A stretch of 64,000 bases of DNA, taken from the NCBI GenBank assembly GCA_951406725.2, contig OX597829.1:39618001-39682000 (forward strand), read 5' to 3'. Both the position numbers and the translations under genes were made by a program. A model generated the notes under the pieces. The model saw only the letters and a program-made list of their open reading frames with translations, searched no databases and was not told where the DNA came from. The DNA comes from Octopus vulgaris. Its lineage: Eukaryota. Positions 24,380-39,249 of this stretch are shown here, in pieces (within the stretch, counting starts at the first letter, position 1; each line of letters opens with the position of its first letter).

Positions 24380-24979
24380 CACCCACATACACCCTGCACA
24401 TGTGTGCACGCACACACACACACACATGTATGAACATATACATACACATGTATTTAAATGTGATGTTGGCTAGTTGAAATGGTTGACACCTCAGTTCCAA
24501 ATTCATTATTTTGTGGCACAGAGAGAATGAAGGGGGAAAAAAAACCACTTTGTCAATATACCATATTTGTCAAGAATATGACACCAACGAATTGACTGTT
24601 TTTATCAATACCCAATTCAATGTCTCAACAAAAATCACACCTGCCACTAATTATCTTCGAATACAGACTCCAATTAAATGAAAATAGAAACTTAAAGCCA
24701 TTTGTATTCACTAAATTCAAAGAAATAGCAGTGATAGCTGAGGATGTGATTTGAACCTTTATCATTCAGATTACTCTGTCAGATGTGATGCTTATGTATT
24801 CACATAGTTTTAAATTAATATTTCATTGTCTTGTAGCTTTGAGATTTTGATTATGCAATTGTTTACATTTAGAAAGACACTGTAGGGTAGGTGTGAGCGG
24901 CTGGATCTGGCCGGATATGGCTGGGCTAAATGTTAAAGGGTTAAGATCATGAACCCCAAATTATATATTATTGCTACAT

Positions 24980-25419
24980 GCCACCACCACCACCACCACT
25001 ACCACCACAAACCATTGCCACCACCAACCACCACCACCAACCACCACCACCACCACCACCAACACAACTGCCAACCACTCGCCACTGCTACCACCACACC
25101 AATCACCACTGCTACCACCAACCTAAACACAACCACCGACCACCACCACCACAACCACCACACCAATCACCACCGCTACCACCAACCACCACCACCAACA
25201 CAACCGCCAACCATCACCACCACAACCACCACACCAATCACCACCACTACCACCAACCACCATCAACACAGCCGCCAACCATCACCACCTGCAACAACTA
25301 CCACTACGGTTGCCACTACCGCCATCATCACTATCACATTCCCTGAAACACACACCACCACCACAACCACCACCACCACCACCACAACCACCACCATCAC
25401 CACCACAACCACCACCACA
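24980..25419. repeat. (CCA/ACA)n low-complexity tract
   Basis: Seen directly in the sequence. It produces the spurious His/Thr/Pro ORFs. Confidence 0.95.
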
Positions 25420-25975
25420 TAATCCATAGTAAGATATTGGAAAGCATATAGCTACCATATACAAAAATAAGGTGCATAATAGCATAATTCTGCTCTGGTA
25501 TCTGGTTCCGTGTCAGATAATGGTTACTGAAGAATATATGGAGTAATCACCAACGTATGTTCAGATTGCAGTGGCCCTTCAGATGATGAGCCAAATCCCT
25601 TTCACTTTAACAGTTGATCCTACTAATCTAAAAAATGTGGAACAACCTTAGCAAAAATGGCAGACGAATAGTTTCTATTTAAATTCCAGTGTCAACCTTC
25701 TTTTGGGGCTAACCACAGCATCAATACTTAGTGTACATTGGTGCTACATTGGTGTTATTATCATCATCATCATCATCATTATTAAGGTGGTGAGCTGGTG
25801 GAATCATTAGCATGCTGGGCAAAATGCTTGGTGGTATTTTGCCTATCACCGTGTTCTGAGTTCAAATTCCACCGAGGTCAACTGCCTTTCATCCTTTCGG
25901 GGTCAATAAATTAAGTACCAGTGAAACACTGGGGTCAATGTAATCAACTTAATCCCTCCCCTTAAATTTCAGGCC

Positions 25976-26026
<51 letters not shown>

Positions 26027-26929
26027 GTCAAGACGAAGAGTGCGATTCAATTGTAGGATATTTTATTGAATGATATTTCAACAGCATATCTGTCTTTGTC
26101 AAGTTCAAAATAAGAAGTGATGATGTTTAAATTTCTGAATTTTTATCACTTCTTATTTTGAACTGCCGAGGTTGACTTTGCCTTTCATCCTTTTGGGGGG
26201 TCAATAAATTAACCCTTTAGTGTTCAGATTATTCTGTCAAATGTGATGTTTGTTTATTTAAAATGGTTTGAATTAATCCTGCATTATCTTGTAGTTTAGA
26301 GATTTCAGTGATGTGATTTTTTAGTTTTAGAATGACATGGTAGGGCTTAGGCGAGAGGCGAGATCTGGTCAGTTTCAATATAAAACAGGTTAAATATTCT
26401 GGCTGGATATAGCCGGTTTAAATGCTAAAGGGTTAAGTACCAGTTGTGTACTGGGGTTGATCTCATCAACTGACCTCCTCCTCCAAAATTTCAGACCTTG
26501 TGCCTATGATCTGTGTTCAAATACTACGAGGTTTGACTTTGCCTTTCATCCTTTCAGGGTCAATGCAGTACCAGTTATGCACTGGGGTTGATGTAATTGA
26601 CCAGCCCCATTCCTCCAAAATTTTCAAGACCTAGAGTAGAAACAATTATTATTATTGCCATTGTTGTTGTTGTTATTTCTAATTTAGGCACTAGGCCAGC
26701 AATTTTGAGAGAAAGGAGTTAGTTGAGTAAATTGACCCTAGTACTTGACTGGTACTTTGGCTTCTTGAATCTGCAGGGATAAAAGGCAAAAGATGACCTT
26801 GATGCTTGAAGGAATGTAAACTTAGAATGCAATATGCCAGAAGAAATACCACATGACATTTTACCTGATGCTTTAATGAGTCTGCCAGTTCACCACCTTA
26901 ATAATAATAATAATAATAATAATAAAGTA

Positions 26930-27270
26930 GTGGGGGAACATCATAGCCATTCGTTGAGAGGGATTCTTTGGGGATTTGAATAATTCACCTCTGGAAACAT
27001 GGGTGTTTTGTTCAATATCCTTAAACAACCCTTATTCAATGACCTTTTGAGCGGGATGGGCTACTCGACCAAAAGAAAATTCTAACTGAGCCCCACCTGC
27101 AAGGCCATGTGCTGTTTATCTTGATATGAGATCACCATGTCGCGCACATATGGTTGTGATGCATGTGCCTAGTGTACCCTTTATCAGACAGGTAGTCATG
27201 ATGGGTATACTGGGCTTTGTATATTTTACCCCAGTGTCACTTTGATGGCATGCACTGCTCTCTCACTCAA
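26930..27270 (-). repeat. Unclassified interspersed repeat that sits in (TAA)n tracts
   Basis: Homologous to about 15380-16135 (split by a MITE), 16165-16325 and 27530-27965. All abut ATT/TAA microsatellites. Confidence 0.7.
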
Positions 27271-28882
27271 TAATAATAATAATAATAATAATGATGATGA
27301 TTTCAAACTTTGGCCCAAGGCAGCAAATTTGGAAAAAGGGGCAAGTCAATTACATCAACCCCAATACCCAACTAGTACTTATTTTATTGACCCTGAAAGT
27401 TGACCTTGGCAGAATTTTAACTCAGGACATGAAAACACATGAAATGTCACTAAGCATTCTGCCCAGTGTGCTAACAGTTCTGCTAACTCATTACCTTAAT
27501 AATAATAATAATAATAATAATAATATGGCTCTTGTATTGATTTAAAAGATGGGCAAATATTCTGTTCAGTATTACAGATTTGTTTGTCAGTTGTTTGACC
27601 GTAACCGGTTGAGCATGTCCCTTGGTGGCTGACGATATGTGCATTTCTAATCATGAGCAGAAGTAGTGGGGAAGCATCATAGCCATGTGTTTAGAGTTTG
27701 AATAATTCACCTCAGGAAACATGAGTGTGCCATTCAACATCCTTAAACAACCCTTATTCAAAGACCTTTTGAGCGGAATGGGCTACTCGACCTGAAGATA
27801 ATTCTAACTGGGTTCCAGCTGCAAGGTTATGTGCTATTTATCTTGATGTTAAATCAGCATGTTGTGCGCATATGGTGCGCAGATGGGTAGTCATGATGGT
27901 TATATTGGGCTTTGTATATTTGTACCCAGTACCACTTTGATGGCATACACTGCTCTCTTACTCAGTAATAATAATAATAATACTGATTTCAAATTTTAGC
28001 ACAAGACCAATGCCAGTGCCGCCTTGACTGGCTTCTGTGCCGGTGGCACGTAAAAAGCACCAACTAATCGTGGCCGTTGCCAGCCTCCCCTGGCACCTGT
28101 GCCGGTGGCATGTAAAAAGCACCCACTACACTCACGAAGTGGTTGGCGTTAGGAAGGGCATCCAACTGTAGAAGCACTGCCAGATCAGACTGGAGCCTGG
28201 TGCAGCCTCCTGTCTTCCCAGACCCCAGTCGAACCATCCAACCCGTGCTAGCATGGAAAACGGACGTTAAACGATGATGATGATGATGATGATGAATAAG
28301 TCGATTACATCAGCCCCGGTGTTCAACTGGTACTTAATTTATCAGCTCTGAGAGGATGAAGGCAAAATCAACAACAGTAAAATTTGAACTCAGAATATAA
28401 CAATAAGCAAAACGTTGTTGAGCATTTTGTCTGGCTTGCTAATGATTCCACCAGCTCACCAATGTCTTTTTAACACCGAGTACAACCCATAGGATATGTT
28501 TCATGTATTTCTCTATGTCAGTTTCAAGGTGAGTGACCATGCTGTTTACAACATGATAATTTTCTTTTTATTCTCCTCTGCTGTTGAAGTTAAAGTAACC
28601 GAGTGAATTAAGTTACAAGACAGTTGAACTTTTTTTTTTTTTAATTACATTTCTTTATTTATCCTCTTATATTTCACGGCTGGTCAGTGCTGGTTTAAGG
28701 CATATGGCACACACTGGGCAGTTGCCAAGGGGACTCACAGGTGTGTGTATGTATATGATTATATATATATATAACAGGGATAAAAGCAAAACATGTAACT
28801 CCCAATAAATGTGTTGAGTGCCCTTCTTTCATTTGTCCACTCACTTGTATATATGTGTGTGTATGTATGTATGTATGTATGT

Positions 28883-28926
<44 letters not shown>

Positions 28927-31900
28927 ATATATATGTATAACCTCTCTGTTATACCCTGTGGATGACATATTGTGTGGAAATGCTTGTTTTTATTGATATA
29001 TTACTAAAACATGTTATGACGGAGAGCAAAGAAGTTAAACAAGCGACATTTTTGACTAATGGAATATTACAACATAAATCTGGGAACCAGAGATCATTAA
29101 GATGCAAAGAAAAAGCCGTTATCACCCAAAAGTAGGTTCTTACAAAAATGGAGTTTATTAAGTTTAAGACCTGCAGATGCATAAGTGTACTATTGTGTAA
29201 TAAAATGGCTGGTCTGTTCACGAACTCACCTAAGAAATTTGATTTTCAGATAGCTGGTTATTAAGAATCTATTGTCATCTCTTAATTGTTTTTCAAATTC
29301 TCGAAACTTTAATGATTCACTCGAGACTGTAAAATATTTTATACAAGGAGTGATTCATCTGGAGAATGATACAAACTTATCGAATCTTAAGGTTAACTAT
29401 AGAAAAAATATTTCCCCATCCCACTTATTATCGGTAGGTTCTTTGTATTATGAGAAAAATAATACCAAGCTTGAGTGATCTTTGTTTTCTCTATATGGCA
29501 GATAATGAAATAATGAATACAAACATGGTTTAGATTCAACTATAGACTAATGTCCAAAATCTGAAGAAATTAGTGATGTGGAACTTAAGGTTTTAAGTCT
29601 TGCTCTTCCTCTGTACATTTTGTCTCAGATGAAAGGATAAGCCCAGAGTATTAAATTTTGTACATTTTCTATGTCTGTCTTTGAATTATTCTGGGGTAGC
29701 AGTATATTTTAGTGTTTGGTGCTAACGTAACACCTGTTTACAAACAAATTAGTTCACAGATTCTTATGTGTACAGAAGATAATGGTTATTGAAAAGTTTA
29801 AAAAAATAACAACTAAAAAAATTTGATTACCATTCAAATTTAGCAGATACTTCTTGTAAAGCTTCGTTTAAGAAGGCCAAATATAAAGGTAAGCATTATT
29901 AGGTGCTTGATAGACATAGATCTATATCAGTTGAAAATCACCTCAGCCTTTATGTTATTAACCACCTCAAATAGGTTAGTAAGTATCAGTTTTCATACAT
30001 GAAAATCAAATGCAATAAGCGAAGAAATAGAACTTAAAATCAGATGGGGAAGGGAAATTAATAAACAAGTGGCGAATCATCATCATCATTGTTTAACGTC
30101 CGCTTTCCATGCGAGCATGGGTTGGACTATTTTGACTGAGGGCTGGCGAACCAGATGGCTGTACCAGGCTTCAATCTTGATCTGGCAGAGTTTCTACAGC
30201 TGGATGCCCTTCCTAATGCCAACCACTCCGAGAGTGTAGTGGGTGCTTTTTACGTGTCACCGGCACGGGGGCCAGTCAGGCGGTACTGGCAATGACCTCG
30301 CTCGAATCTTTTTCCACATGCCACTGGCACAGGCGCCAGTAAGACGATGCTGGTAACGATCACACTCGAATGGTGCTTTTTACGTGTCACCGGCACGGAG
30401 GCCAGATAGCCGCTCTGGCAATGATCACGCTCGGATGGTGCTCTAGGGAGTAATTCTAATGTCCACTTTTCCAGGCTCTCATGGATCAGACAGAATTTGT
30501 ATGGCTAGATGCATTTCCTGTCACCAACCCTTAAGGCAATGTTTCCCTTGACCAGATATGGTTTCATGGAATATTGGTTATAATAAAGGATATTGCTTGC
30601 ATCACAGTGCAATTTGTTTACAAAACTGCCACGCCATCTCAAGACAAGCAAGGAGACAGTAATACACATATTCATGATGGGCTTCTTTCAGTTTCCATCT
30701 CCCAGGACTATAGCAGTAGACACTTGCCTGAGGTGCAACACATTGGGACTGAGCTCAGAATCATGTAGTTGGAAACAAACTTCTTACCACACAGCCATGC
30801 TTTTGCCTCTCTCGCTCTCTCTCTTTCTCTCCCCATCACACTCTCTCTCTTCCCATCACTATCTCTCTCTCTGTATGTATGTATGTGTATACACACACAC
30901 ACATGATTTTTCTTCACCAATATTCAATTAAAATTATGATTTTTGTGGGATTTTCTCTCACATTTTTCTAAATGCATTGTCCTTTCACATAACATATTTC
31001 TGTATACAAGCATTTATTTCTCTCCTTTCCTCATAATTTACTGTTTCTAACCACTGCTTGTCAATAAAAGACCAATTCTTAATTTCAAGACTTAAGATCC
31101 TCAACTGAAATGCTGAATTTCTCAAAAATGTGACATTAATTCTAAGATTTCATAGAATTGTTATTACTTCCAGTTTTTTTTTGTGGTACCTTTATGTCTT
31201 TTTTCTAAGTAGTTTTAGTTTTAGTTTAATTTTTATAATTTTTAGACATAAAACTTCCTATTAAAAAAAATATATATCCAAAAAAAAAAATCACAAGTAA
31301 AGAAAAAATAAACAAAGTTAAACCCCAGGTCAGCTCCACTTGAGCAACTGTATGGTTGTGTCAGGTGGTTGTTGTTATTGTTATTTGACCCTAGGACAAG
31401 GCTGATTAGCCTCTTTGATACCTAGCCACCCATAATTACTCCTGGCTCTGTGATACAAACTTTGTTTTATAGTGATCAAAATTTAATATTAATTTATGTT
31501 TTAAACCAGTTTAATAAATGATAGTTATTTTACTTAACCCTTCTGTTACAGAAATATTTAGTAATATAAACTTTGTCTTAATTAAGCTCATATTTGGAAT
31601 ATCGACTGTCATTGTCGTGATCAGTTTTATCTCTTATCCAAGAATTTGTTTTCTTCTTTGTTGAATGCTTCCTTTATGTTGATGCTGTTGATGACTCTGT
31701 CTCTGTAGACCAATTCTTGCATAGAAGAATTGATGGCATTGACTGCATGGTAATGTTGGCAGAGGACAAGATGAATTTTGTGAAACCTTTCTTTCCTGTT
31801 GTTTCATTTCTTCCTTTCCTCTTCTGGTGGCTTTCAAGTTTTTGGTTCCGATGGTGATAGAATACTGCCACTTGGTGTTCCCTAATCATTGTCAATTTAT

Positions 31901-33235
31901 GTTCATTTATGTTCCAAAGTTTGGAGGCGTAATGGCCCAGTGGTTAGGGCAACGGACTCGCGGTTTCGATTCTCAGACAGGGCGTTGTGAGTGTTTATTG
32001 AGCGAAAACACCTAAAGCTCCACGAGGCTCTGGCAGGGGGTAGTGGCAATCTCTACTGTACTCTTTCACCACAACTTTCTCTCACTCTTTCTTCAGTCAG
32101 CCTGCTTGCTTAGCCAGCGGGGTGGCATCATTTGAAGGCTAAAAGAATGCGAAGTGCATTGTGACCAGCAATGTGTAGCAACATCTGATAGCCTAGTCAG
32201 TCACAGTGATGTTCCAAAGTTTGGAACATAAATTGACATGAAACATCGATGAAAATTTTCAATTTAGATGACTTTAAGACAGGAAGTTGTGTGTCATAGA
32301 ATCAAATGTGGTCTTGGGTGGGTTGGTATTGGAAAGGTTAATTCTTCATTGTTTTTAAAATTCAAAGAAAGACTGTGAACTTCAACAGAAATATGGTTAA
32401 CAAAAGAGTTAAACGGAACTATACCTAGATTAGATTAGATTGTTGCAAAGTGGGGTAACACTGTATTCTGCCAACACTGTTGCCATTTGTCATAACAAAT
32501 TCTAGTGATAGCAGAGTCTTTCTTTAACACAGTTACATCTGCTTTATGTAGGTTACAAACATTATTTGGTTCTACTAAGTGATGAGAATATTGCTGTCAT
32601 TTAGCCCAAGGCCAGGTCTGATCCAGCAGACCTTAAATAAAAAAATATTCCAGCCTTGACCATTGTGTCTTTTATTCAGTGTGCTCTAGAATACATTATC
32701 GCATGCCTTCCCCACCCTTACAATGAGAGATTTGGCTTCTGTTTCTAGCAGGTACCGTGTAGAGGTACCTTTTGCATTTGTGTATATGCATGTGGCGTTA
32801 AGTGTTGATAATGTTTTCTTGCAGATTTGCTTTTCAGAATTATTGAAATGAGGGAATTGGTGAGGGCATTAATGGAATTTTAACTCATGACTTCTTGATT
32901 AGCTTCAGCACCTTTATTGCTTTTTCTTCATTAACATCATCATCATCATCATCACATCTGTTCTTCCGTGCTGGCATTGGTTGAACAGGTTTGTTCCACA
33001 TATACAGTGCCCTTTTTTTTTGTAGTGCTTCATTATCCCATTTGTGAGGTCCAACATCTTCTGATCAGCACCACAACCATTTTTCCTTCCCACATCTCCA
33101 TAAAGTCTGCTCTGAATCAAGATAAACATATTATTGTTTGCTGTTACTGGAATGGTTTTTTTTTGTTTGTTTGTTCTTTCTTTATCTGTTCTGTTGACTG
33201 ACAAAAACAGAAATAAAGCAAATGATAAACTCCTC

Positions 33236-33268
<33 letters not shown>

Positions 33269-34489
33269 TTAGCGTCCGCTTTCCATGCTAGCATGGGTTG
33301 GATGGGTCAACTGGGGTCTGTGAAGCTGGAAGGCTTCGTCAGGCCCAGTCCAAATATATATAAATAATCAATTGCCCTCATCTTCATCCATCAACCCCAG
33401 GAATGTATGTGGGGGTTGGCTAGGGCCAACAATTTTTCTCCATTTCTGTTTACTACTGCTCTTAATAATTGATGCATCTTCTTTTCCTGTTATCTTCACA
33501 ATGTTATCAATCCAGTTTCTCCTAGGTCTTTTTCTTTTGGGCATTTTCCTGAGGATTTTTCAGGAACCAACCACATTTGTGATCATGTATGACATACCCG
33601 AAATATTTGTTTTCCTTGTCCAGTTGTTTTACATGGTTTCATTCAATTACAAATAGGCCTAACACATATTGATTTGTCACTTACTTGATCCTATTATAAT
33701 ATATTAATTAGGTTGAGGAACTGGTAGAATTGTGAGTATGTTGGACAAAAGGCTATGTGACATTTCTTCCAGTTTTATGTTCTGCGTTCAAATACCTATT
33801 TCTTTACTACCCACAAGGGGCTAAACACAGAGAAGACAAACAAGGACAGACAAACGGATTAAGTCGATTACATCAACCCCAATGTGTAACTGGTACTTAA
33901 TTTATCGACCCCGAAAGGATGAAAGGCAAAGTCGACCTCGGCGGAATTTGAACTCAGAACGCAATGGCAGACGAAATACCGCTAAGCATTTCGCCCGGTG
34001 TGCTAATGAATCTGCCACCTTAAATACCACTGAGGTTGACTTTACCTTCCATCATTTTCAGGTTGGTAAAATAAGCATCAATAGAACATTGTGGTCAATA
34101 TAATTGACCAGCCCCTCTCTGAACAATTTCAGACCTTATGTCTATTGTAGAAAGAATTATTATTAAGATGGTAAGATAGCCGAATCATTAGCATATCAAA
34201 GAAATGTTTAGCGGCATTTCTTCTGGTGGATTACATTCTGTTTTCAAATCCTGCCAAGGTTGGCTTTACTTTTATTCCATACCATCTATGGTATGTTGCA
34301 TACATTCAAATGCTACCAGTGTATTTCTCAAGGAATGTCTATATATTTAAGATGTCTCTTCATTTTCAATCAAATAATTCCACTGGGTTGGTTCATCATA
34401 ACTGTGATTTGTAACAATTCTGTTGGATAGCTCATTAGATGAATGATACTGATGTCCAAGAGCCTGCGATTGGTTGTATACTTACTTAC

Positions 34490-34740
34490 TTGTACTTGTA
34501 GCAACATTCACACTGGGTGGGTTGAGTCGACTTCTTCAACCACCCTCAAAGCATCTCGAACCATGGCAGCCCACGCATGACGGTCCTGCGCCAGTTCACT
34601 GGAGATAGCGAGCCAGTCACGGTTCCATCAGCGCAGGCCGACCACCTGCGGTCCCGTGAGCACGGAGAGGTCCTCCTTGATCGTCGTAACCCAGGTCTTC
34701 AGTTGCCCGCCCACCCGTTTCCGCCAGTTGGGAAGTGGAT
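34490..34740 (-). mobile_element. RTE-like LINE 3' fragment
   Basis: Minus strand reads ..WKRVGGQLKTW..GPQVVGLR*WNRDWLAISSELAQDRHAWAAMV. Confidence 0.65.
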
Positions 34741-35059
34741 TGGTTGTATGCAGGTCACATATCAAACTGTTTATTATTTTAGGGGACAATCCATTGCTGG
34801 GTTAGTAGTATCTAATTAGTAGTGAAATTATCAGGAAGTTGCACAGGATAACCTCTTTTTTTTTTTCATATTGAAGTCACACATCTTAAATACTCAAATA
34901 TTGTGCCACCATGTAATTAACACGATTATTTTTTTTAACACTAGATATTTTTAACTTCTGCTACACAGTCTCCTCCATTTGGTTTTGAAGGCTAACCAAG
35001 GAGAGATATATCTTGTACATTGAATAATAATACTCTTTAACACCGAATCAATTGTACTG

Positions 35060-35490
35060 TCAAAGCCACAGTCGAACCAATTCTACTATATGGCTCAGAA
35101 ACCTGGATGTTATCAAAGAAGCTTGAGAGGCGGTTGGATGGAACTTACGCTTGCCTCCTTATGAGAGCTCAGAATCTCTCATGGAAGCGTCATCCAACCA
35201 AAGTACAAATATATGGGAAATTACCACCTGTATCATCTCTTGTGAAAGGTAGAAGAGTCCAGTTTGCTGGACATTGTTGTAGAGCTGAAAACGAGGTAAT
35301 TTCTACTCTTCTCCTCTGGAAACCATTTGCTCGTGATACCAGAGGGCGTACATTCTCCTACCCTGATGTAATCTCTAGGGATACAGGCATCCAACAACAG
35401 GACCTCCGTAATGCTATGATGGACTGTGAAGTCTGGCGTAACATAGTAAATTCCATTATCTCGACCATGGTCGAACAATGATGATGATAT
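35060..35490 (+). mobile_element. RTE-like LINE 3' fragment
   Basis: TVEPILLYGSETW...RRVQFAGHC..DCEVWR, followed by a (TGA)n tail. Confidence 0.8.
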
Positions 35491-36694
35491 ACTGTCATAA
35501 ACATTGAAACTTCATTTAACTGATGAAATAACATTTCAGTTATGTGTTTAATTAATGCTATATGACAGCCATCGACAAACAATCCTGTAAGGATTAACTT
35601 TGCCTTCTAGGATTTTGTACATTGAAATACATATCCATTACAACTGGTGAATATTTTTGTGCATTTGTTTGTATATTGTCCACCAATGTAATTCTACTAA
35701 TTTGCTACAAAGTTTCTCTTTTGCAAATATTCTGTTATACTTTGCTGCTGGATATTAAGAAACAATTTCTGAGCAAAGCCACACTAGTCTCTGAGATTAA
35801 AGTATATATATTTACTTCTGAAATGAAATAAATATCTGGAATTTTCAAAGCCCTCATCACTTATTTATTTTTTACATGAACATTTATTAATTACTATTTT
35901 CAAATTTACTTACTTTATCCAGTATAACATATATTGTTTAACATATTATTGTATAATGCATATATATTGTATTGCATAGCATATAATTCTGAAGTAACAG
36001 GATGCTATTATTTTTACCCAAAATCCTTCACCTCTGTCATGTTCCTTCCAGTTTTCCAAAAGCTTTCTGTTTTGTTGACAGTTTTGAGTTCCTGATCTTT
36101 GCCACTTATGCTATACTTAGAATATATTTACAGTGTGATTATTGATTCATACATCTGGAGTGTAGAATCTCATCTGTTTGATTTATTTCCTTTGACTGAA
36201 TAGTTCTCATGTAGTTTCCTGTTTGTTTACCGTTTCCTCTTTATAGTCGAATAGGAAGGCTCTTTTCTTACATTTGTACTTGAATATTTTGAATTGTTTT
36301 GTGTTTTAGGTCAGTGTTTTAGTATTTGTTTACAGCATGTCATCCCAAGTCACTTGTTTTAAGAGCTAGTCATCACTGTTCCTCCATTTCTACTACCAGA
36401 TTTACATTTCAAATGAATAGGTGTCAATCATAGGAGAATATACCCTTTGGAGCCTGCTAAGGCCCACTTCAGCTTTTCTGTTGCCTATCTTGACATTGCC
36501 CTTGGCATACAAGTTGTCTTTAGTATAGCATGTGTTGTTATTTGGTGTTTGTTTTGTTTGCTGCAGAAGTATTAAACTGTGTTGATTCAAATCACTTTCA
36601 TCATCATCATCATCATCATCATCATAACAGCATCTACTTTTCCATGCTTATATGGGTCAAAGGGATTTTTTCTGAAGTAGGTTTTGTATGGCTA

Positions 36695-37000
36695 GTTTGT
36701 CTGTACCTTCTCCAGCCATGCCTGGTTCATAAGGGCCGGTTTCCCAGTTTCCTTGGCGTATAGGTTCCCCATCTGGATGGGACACCGGTCCGCCGCAGGT
36801 GAGCTGCAAGATGCAGGAGGAAAGAGTGAGAGAAAGTTGTGGCGAAAGAGTCAGCAGAAGTTTCACCATTACTTTCTGCCGGAGCCACGTGGAGCTTAGG
36901 TGTTTCGCTCATAAACACACACATCACCTGGTCTGAGATTCGAACCCGCGATCCCTCGACAGCGAGTCCAGTGCTCTAACCACTAGGCCATGTGCCTCCA
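36695..37000 (-). mobile_element. tRNA-derived SINE (same family as 4441)
   Basis: Reverse complement of 4441-4736. Confidence 0.85.
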
Positions 37001-37151
37001 CATGGAGGCTGCACTACTTGTCACCAAGCTTCATCTGTTTCCAAGCAAAGTAACAATTTCTCCCTAGGCTATGCCTTATTTTCATAGAAGATTGGAAACA
37101 AGGCCCACATGACTGATGTTTGTTAATGTCTATTGCATAATGTCGAAACAA

Positions 37152-37203
<52 letters not shown>

Positions 37204-38528
37204 TTTGGCTGGTATTTTATTGATGCAGATTTTCTATGTCCGGATGCCCTCCCTGTCACCAACCCTCACCTGTTTCCTGGCAAGAAAATATTTCTCAACA
37301 GCCAAACGTATCTTTCACAGCACATTAGAAAGGAAGGATGCCGCTCGCTTGCATGATTGGTGACACTCTTTATTTTGCAATGTCAAAGCATGGAGATAGT
37401 AAAACACAGACAGACAAACACACACACACATTCTTTTGTTTGTTTCAGTCATTTGACTGCAGCCATGCTGGAGCACCGCCTTTAGTTGAACAAATTGACC
37501 CCAGGATTTATTCTTTGTAAGCCTAGTACTTATCCTATCGGTCTCTTTTGCCAAACTGCTAAGTTACAGGGATTGGTTGTCAGTCGATGATGGGTGGACA
37601 AACACAGGCACACATAAATATACATACATACACACACACACTTCTTTCAGATTCCATCTACCAAATCCACCCATAAGGCTCTGGTCAGCCCAAGGCTATA
37701 ATAGAAGACACTTGCCAAGGTGCCACACAGTGGGACCGAACCCGAAACCATGTGGTTGGTAAGCAAGCTACTTACCACTCATCCACTCGATGGGCTTCTT
37801 ACAGTTTCCATCTACCAAATCCACTCATAAGGCCTTTGTCAGCCTTGGGTTATTGTAGAAGATACTATAGCTCAATGTGTCATGCAATGGGACTGAACCT
37901 GAAGCCATGTGGTCCTGAAGCAAATTTCTTACCACACCCACATACACACACAGATATATATATATATATGTAAATGGGTTCTTTCAGTTTCTTCCTGCTA
38001 GATCCATTGATAAGGCCTTGGGCTGTTGTAAAGACACTTGCCCAAAGTGCCACTCAGTACAATTGTACCCAAAGCTATTGGGAAGTGAAATTTTAAACTC
38101 CAAATTTAATAATTCATTTAGCCTGTTCCTCGCACTGTTTTGGTCTGGTTCCGGCTGTTTTGATGCTCTCCTTAATACTCCTCGTGTTTTAAACTTTACA
38201 TAAAACTAATATGTTTAGATTCAGATTGTGCATATTCTTCTTTAAACTAACTTGTTAAGGTAGTAACTTCACTTTATACTGTGTTTATAGTAGCAGGAAA
38301 AATATCCAAGATAATTTTGTCCAATTACTGCTAATTTATATTTGATCTTAAACAAATTTGTTATGATTTCTTGTAAATTGGTTGCATAGGAATGTCATCC
38401 AGCCATGAAAAAGAAAAAAAAAAAAGAAAGAAAACACGTCAAGGTAGACAATGAAGCTTGATGCAGTCCTTCAGTTCATCAGATCCTGATGTGTCATCCA
38501 TTGCCATGCCAGCATGGAAGCCAAGCAT

Positions 38529-39249
38529 TAACCCTTTCGTTACCATATTTATTTTGAGATTCTCTGTGTTTCTTTCAATTATTTTTAAATACAACAAAGA
38601 ATTTAGTAAAATAACTTAGTTATCATTAAGCTAGTGTTAGGAACATAAATTGTGACAAAGGTTTGGTGGAAGATTTTAATTCAAAACTTTTGAAAACAAA
38701 ACATTTGTACTCAAAGCCAGTTTCAGCCAGGTTAGTATCAAAAGGATTAAGAATTGTTTCTCTATTATATATTTTAACCCTTTCATTACTGTATTTCTGT
38801 TGAGATGCTCTGTGTTTCTTTCAATTAAATTTAAATATAAGACAGAATTTAGCACAATAACTTAGTTATCATTAAGCTAGTGTTAGGAACATAAATTGCA
38901 ACTAAGGTTTGGTGGAAGATTTTAATTCAAAACTTTTGAAAACAAAACATTTGTACTCAAAGCCAGTTTCAGCCAGGTTAGTATCAAAAGGATTAAGAAT
39001 TGTTTCTCTATTATATATTTTAACCCTTTCATTACTGTATTTCTGTTGAGATGCTCTGTGTTTCTTTCAATTAAATTTAAATATAAGACAGAATTTAGCA
39101 CAATAACTTAGTTATCATTAAGCTAGTGTTAGGAACATAAATTGCAACTAAGGTTTGGTGGAAGATTTTAATTCAAAACTTTTGAAAACAAAACATTTGT
39201 ACTACAGAGCCAGAGGCGGTTTCAGTCAGGTTGGTATCAAAAGGGTTAA
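38529..39249. mobile_element. Three tandem copies (246-bp period) of a TTAA-flanked MITE (TTAACCCTTTC...AAAGGGTTAA)
   Basis: Identical landmarks at 38641, 38887 and 39133. Single copies at about 15089-15316, 15612-15840 and 3770-3980. TTAA + CCC ends are piggyBac-like. Confidence 0.8.

Noticed and set aside
24949-25422. His/Thr/Pro-rich ORFs resembling mucins or extensins
   Set aside because: Pure (CCA)n low-complexity tract open in several frames, with no splice or start context.
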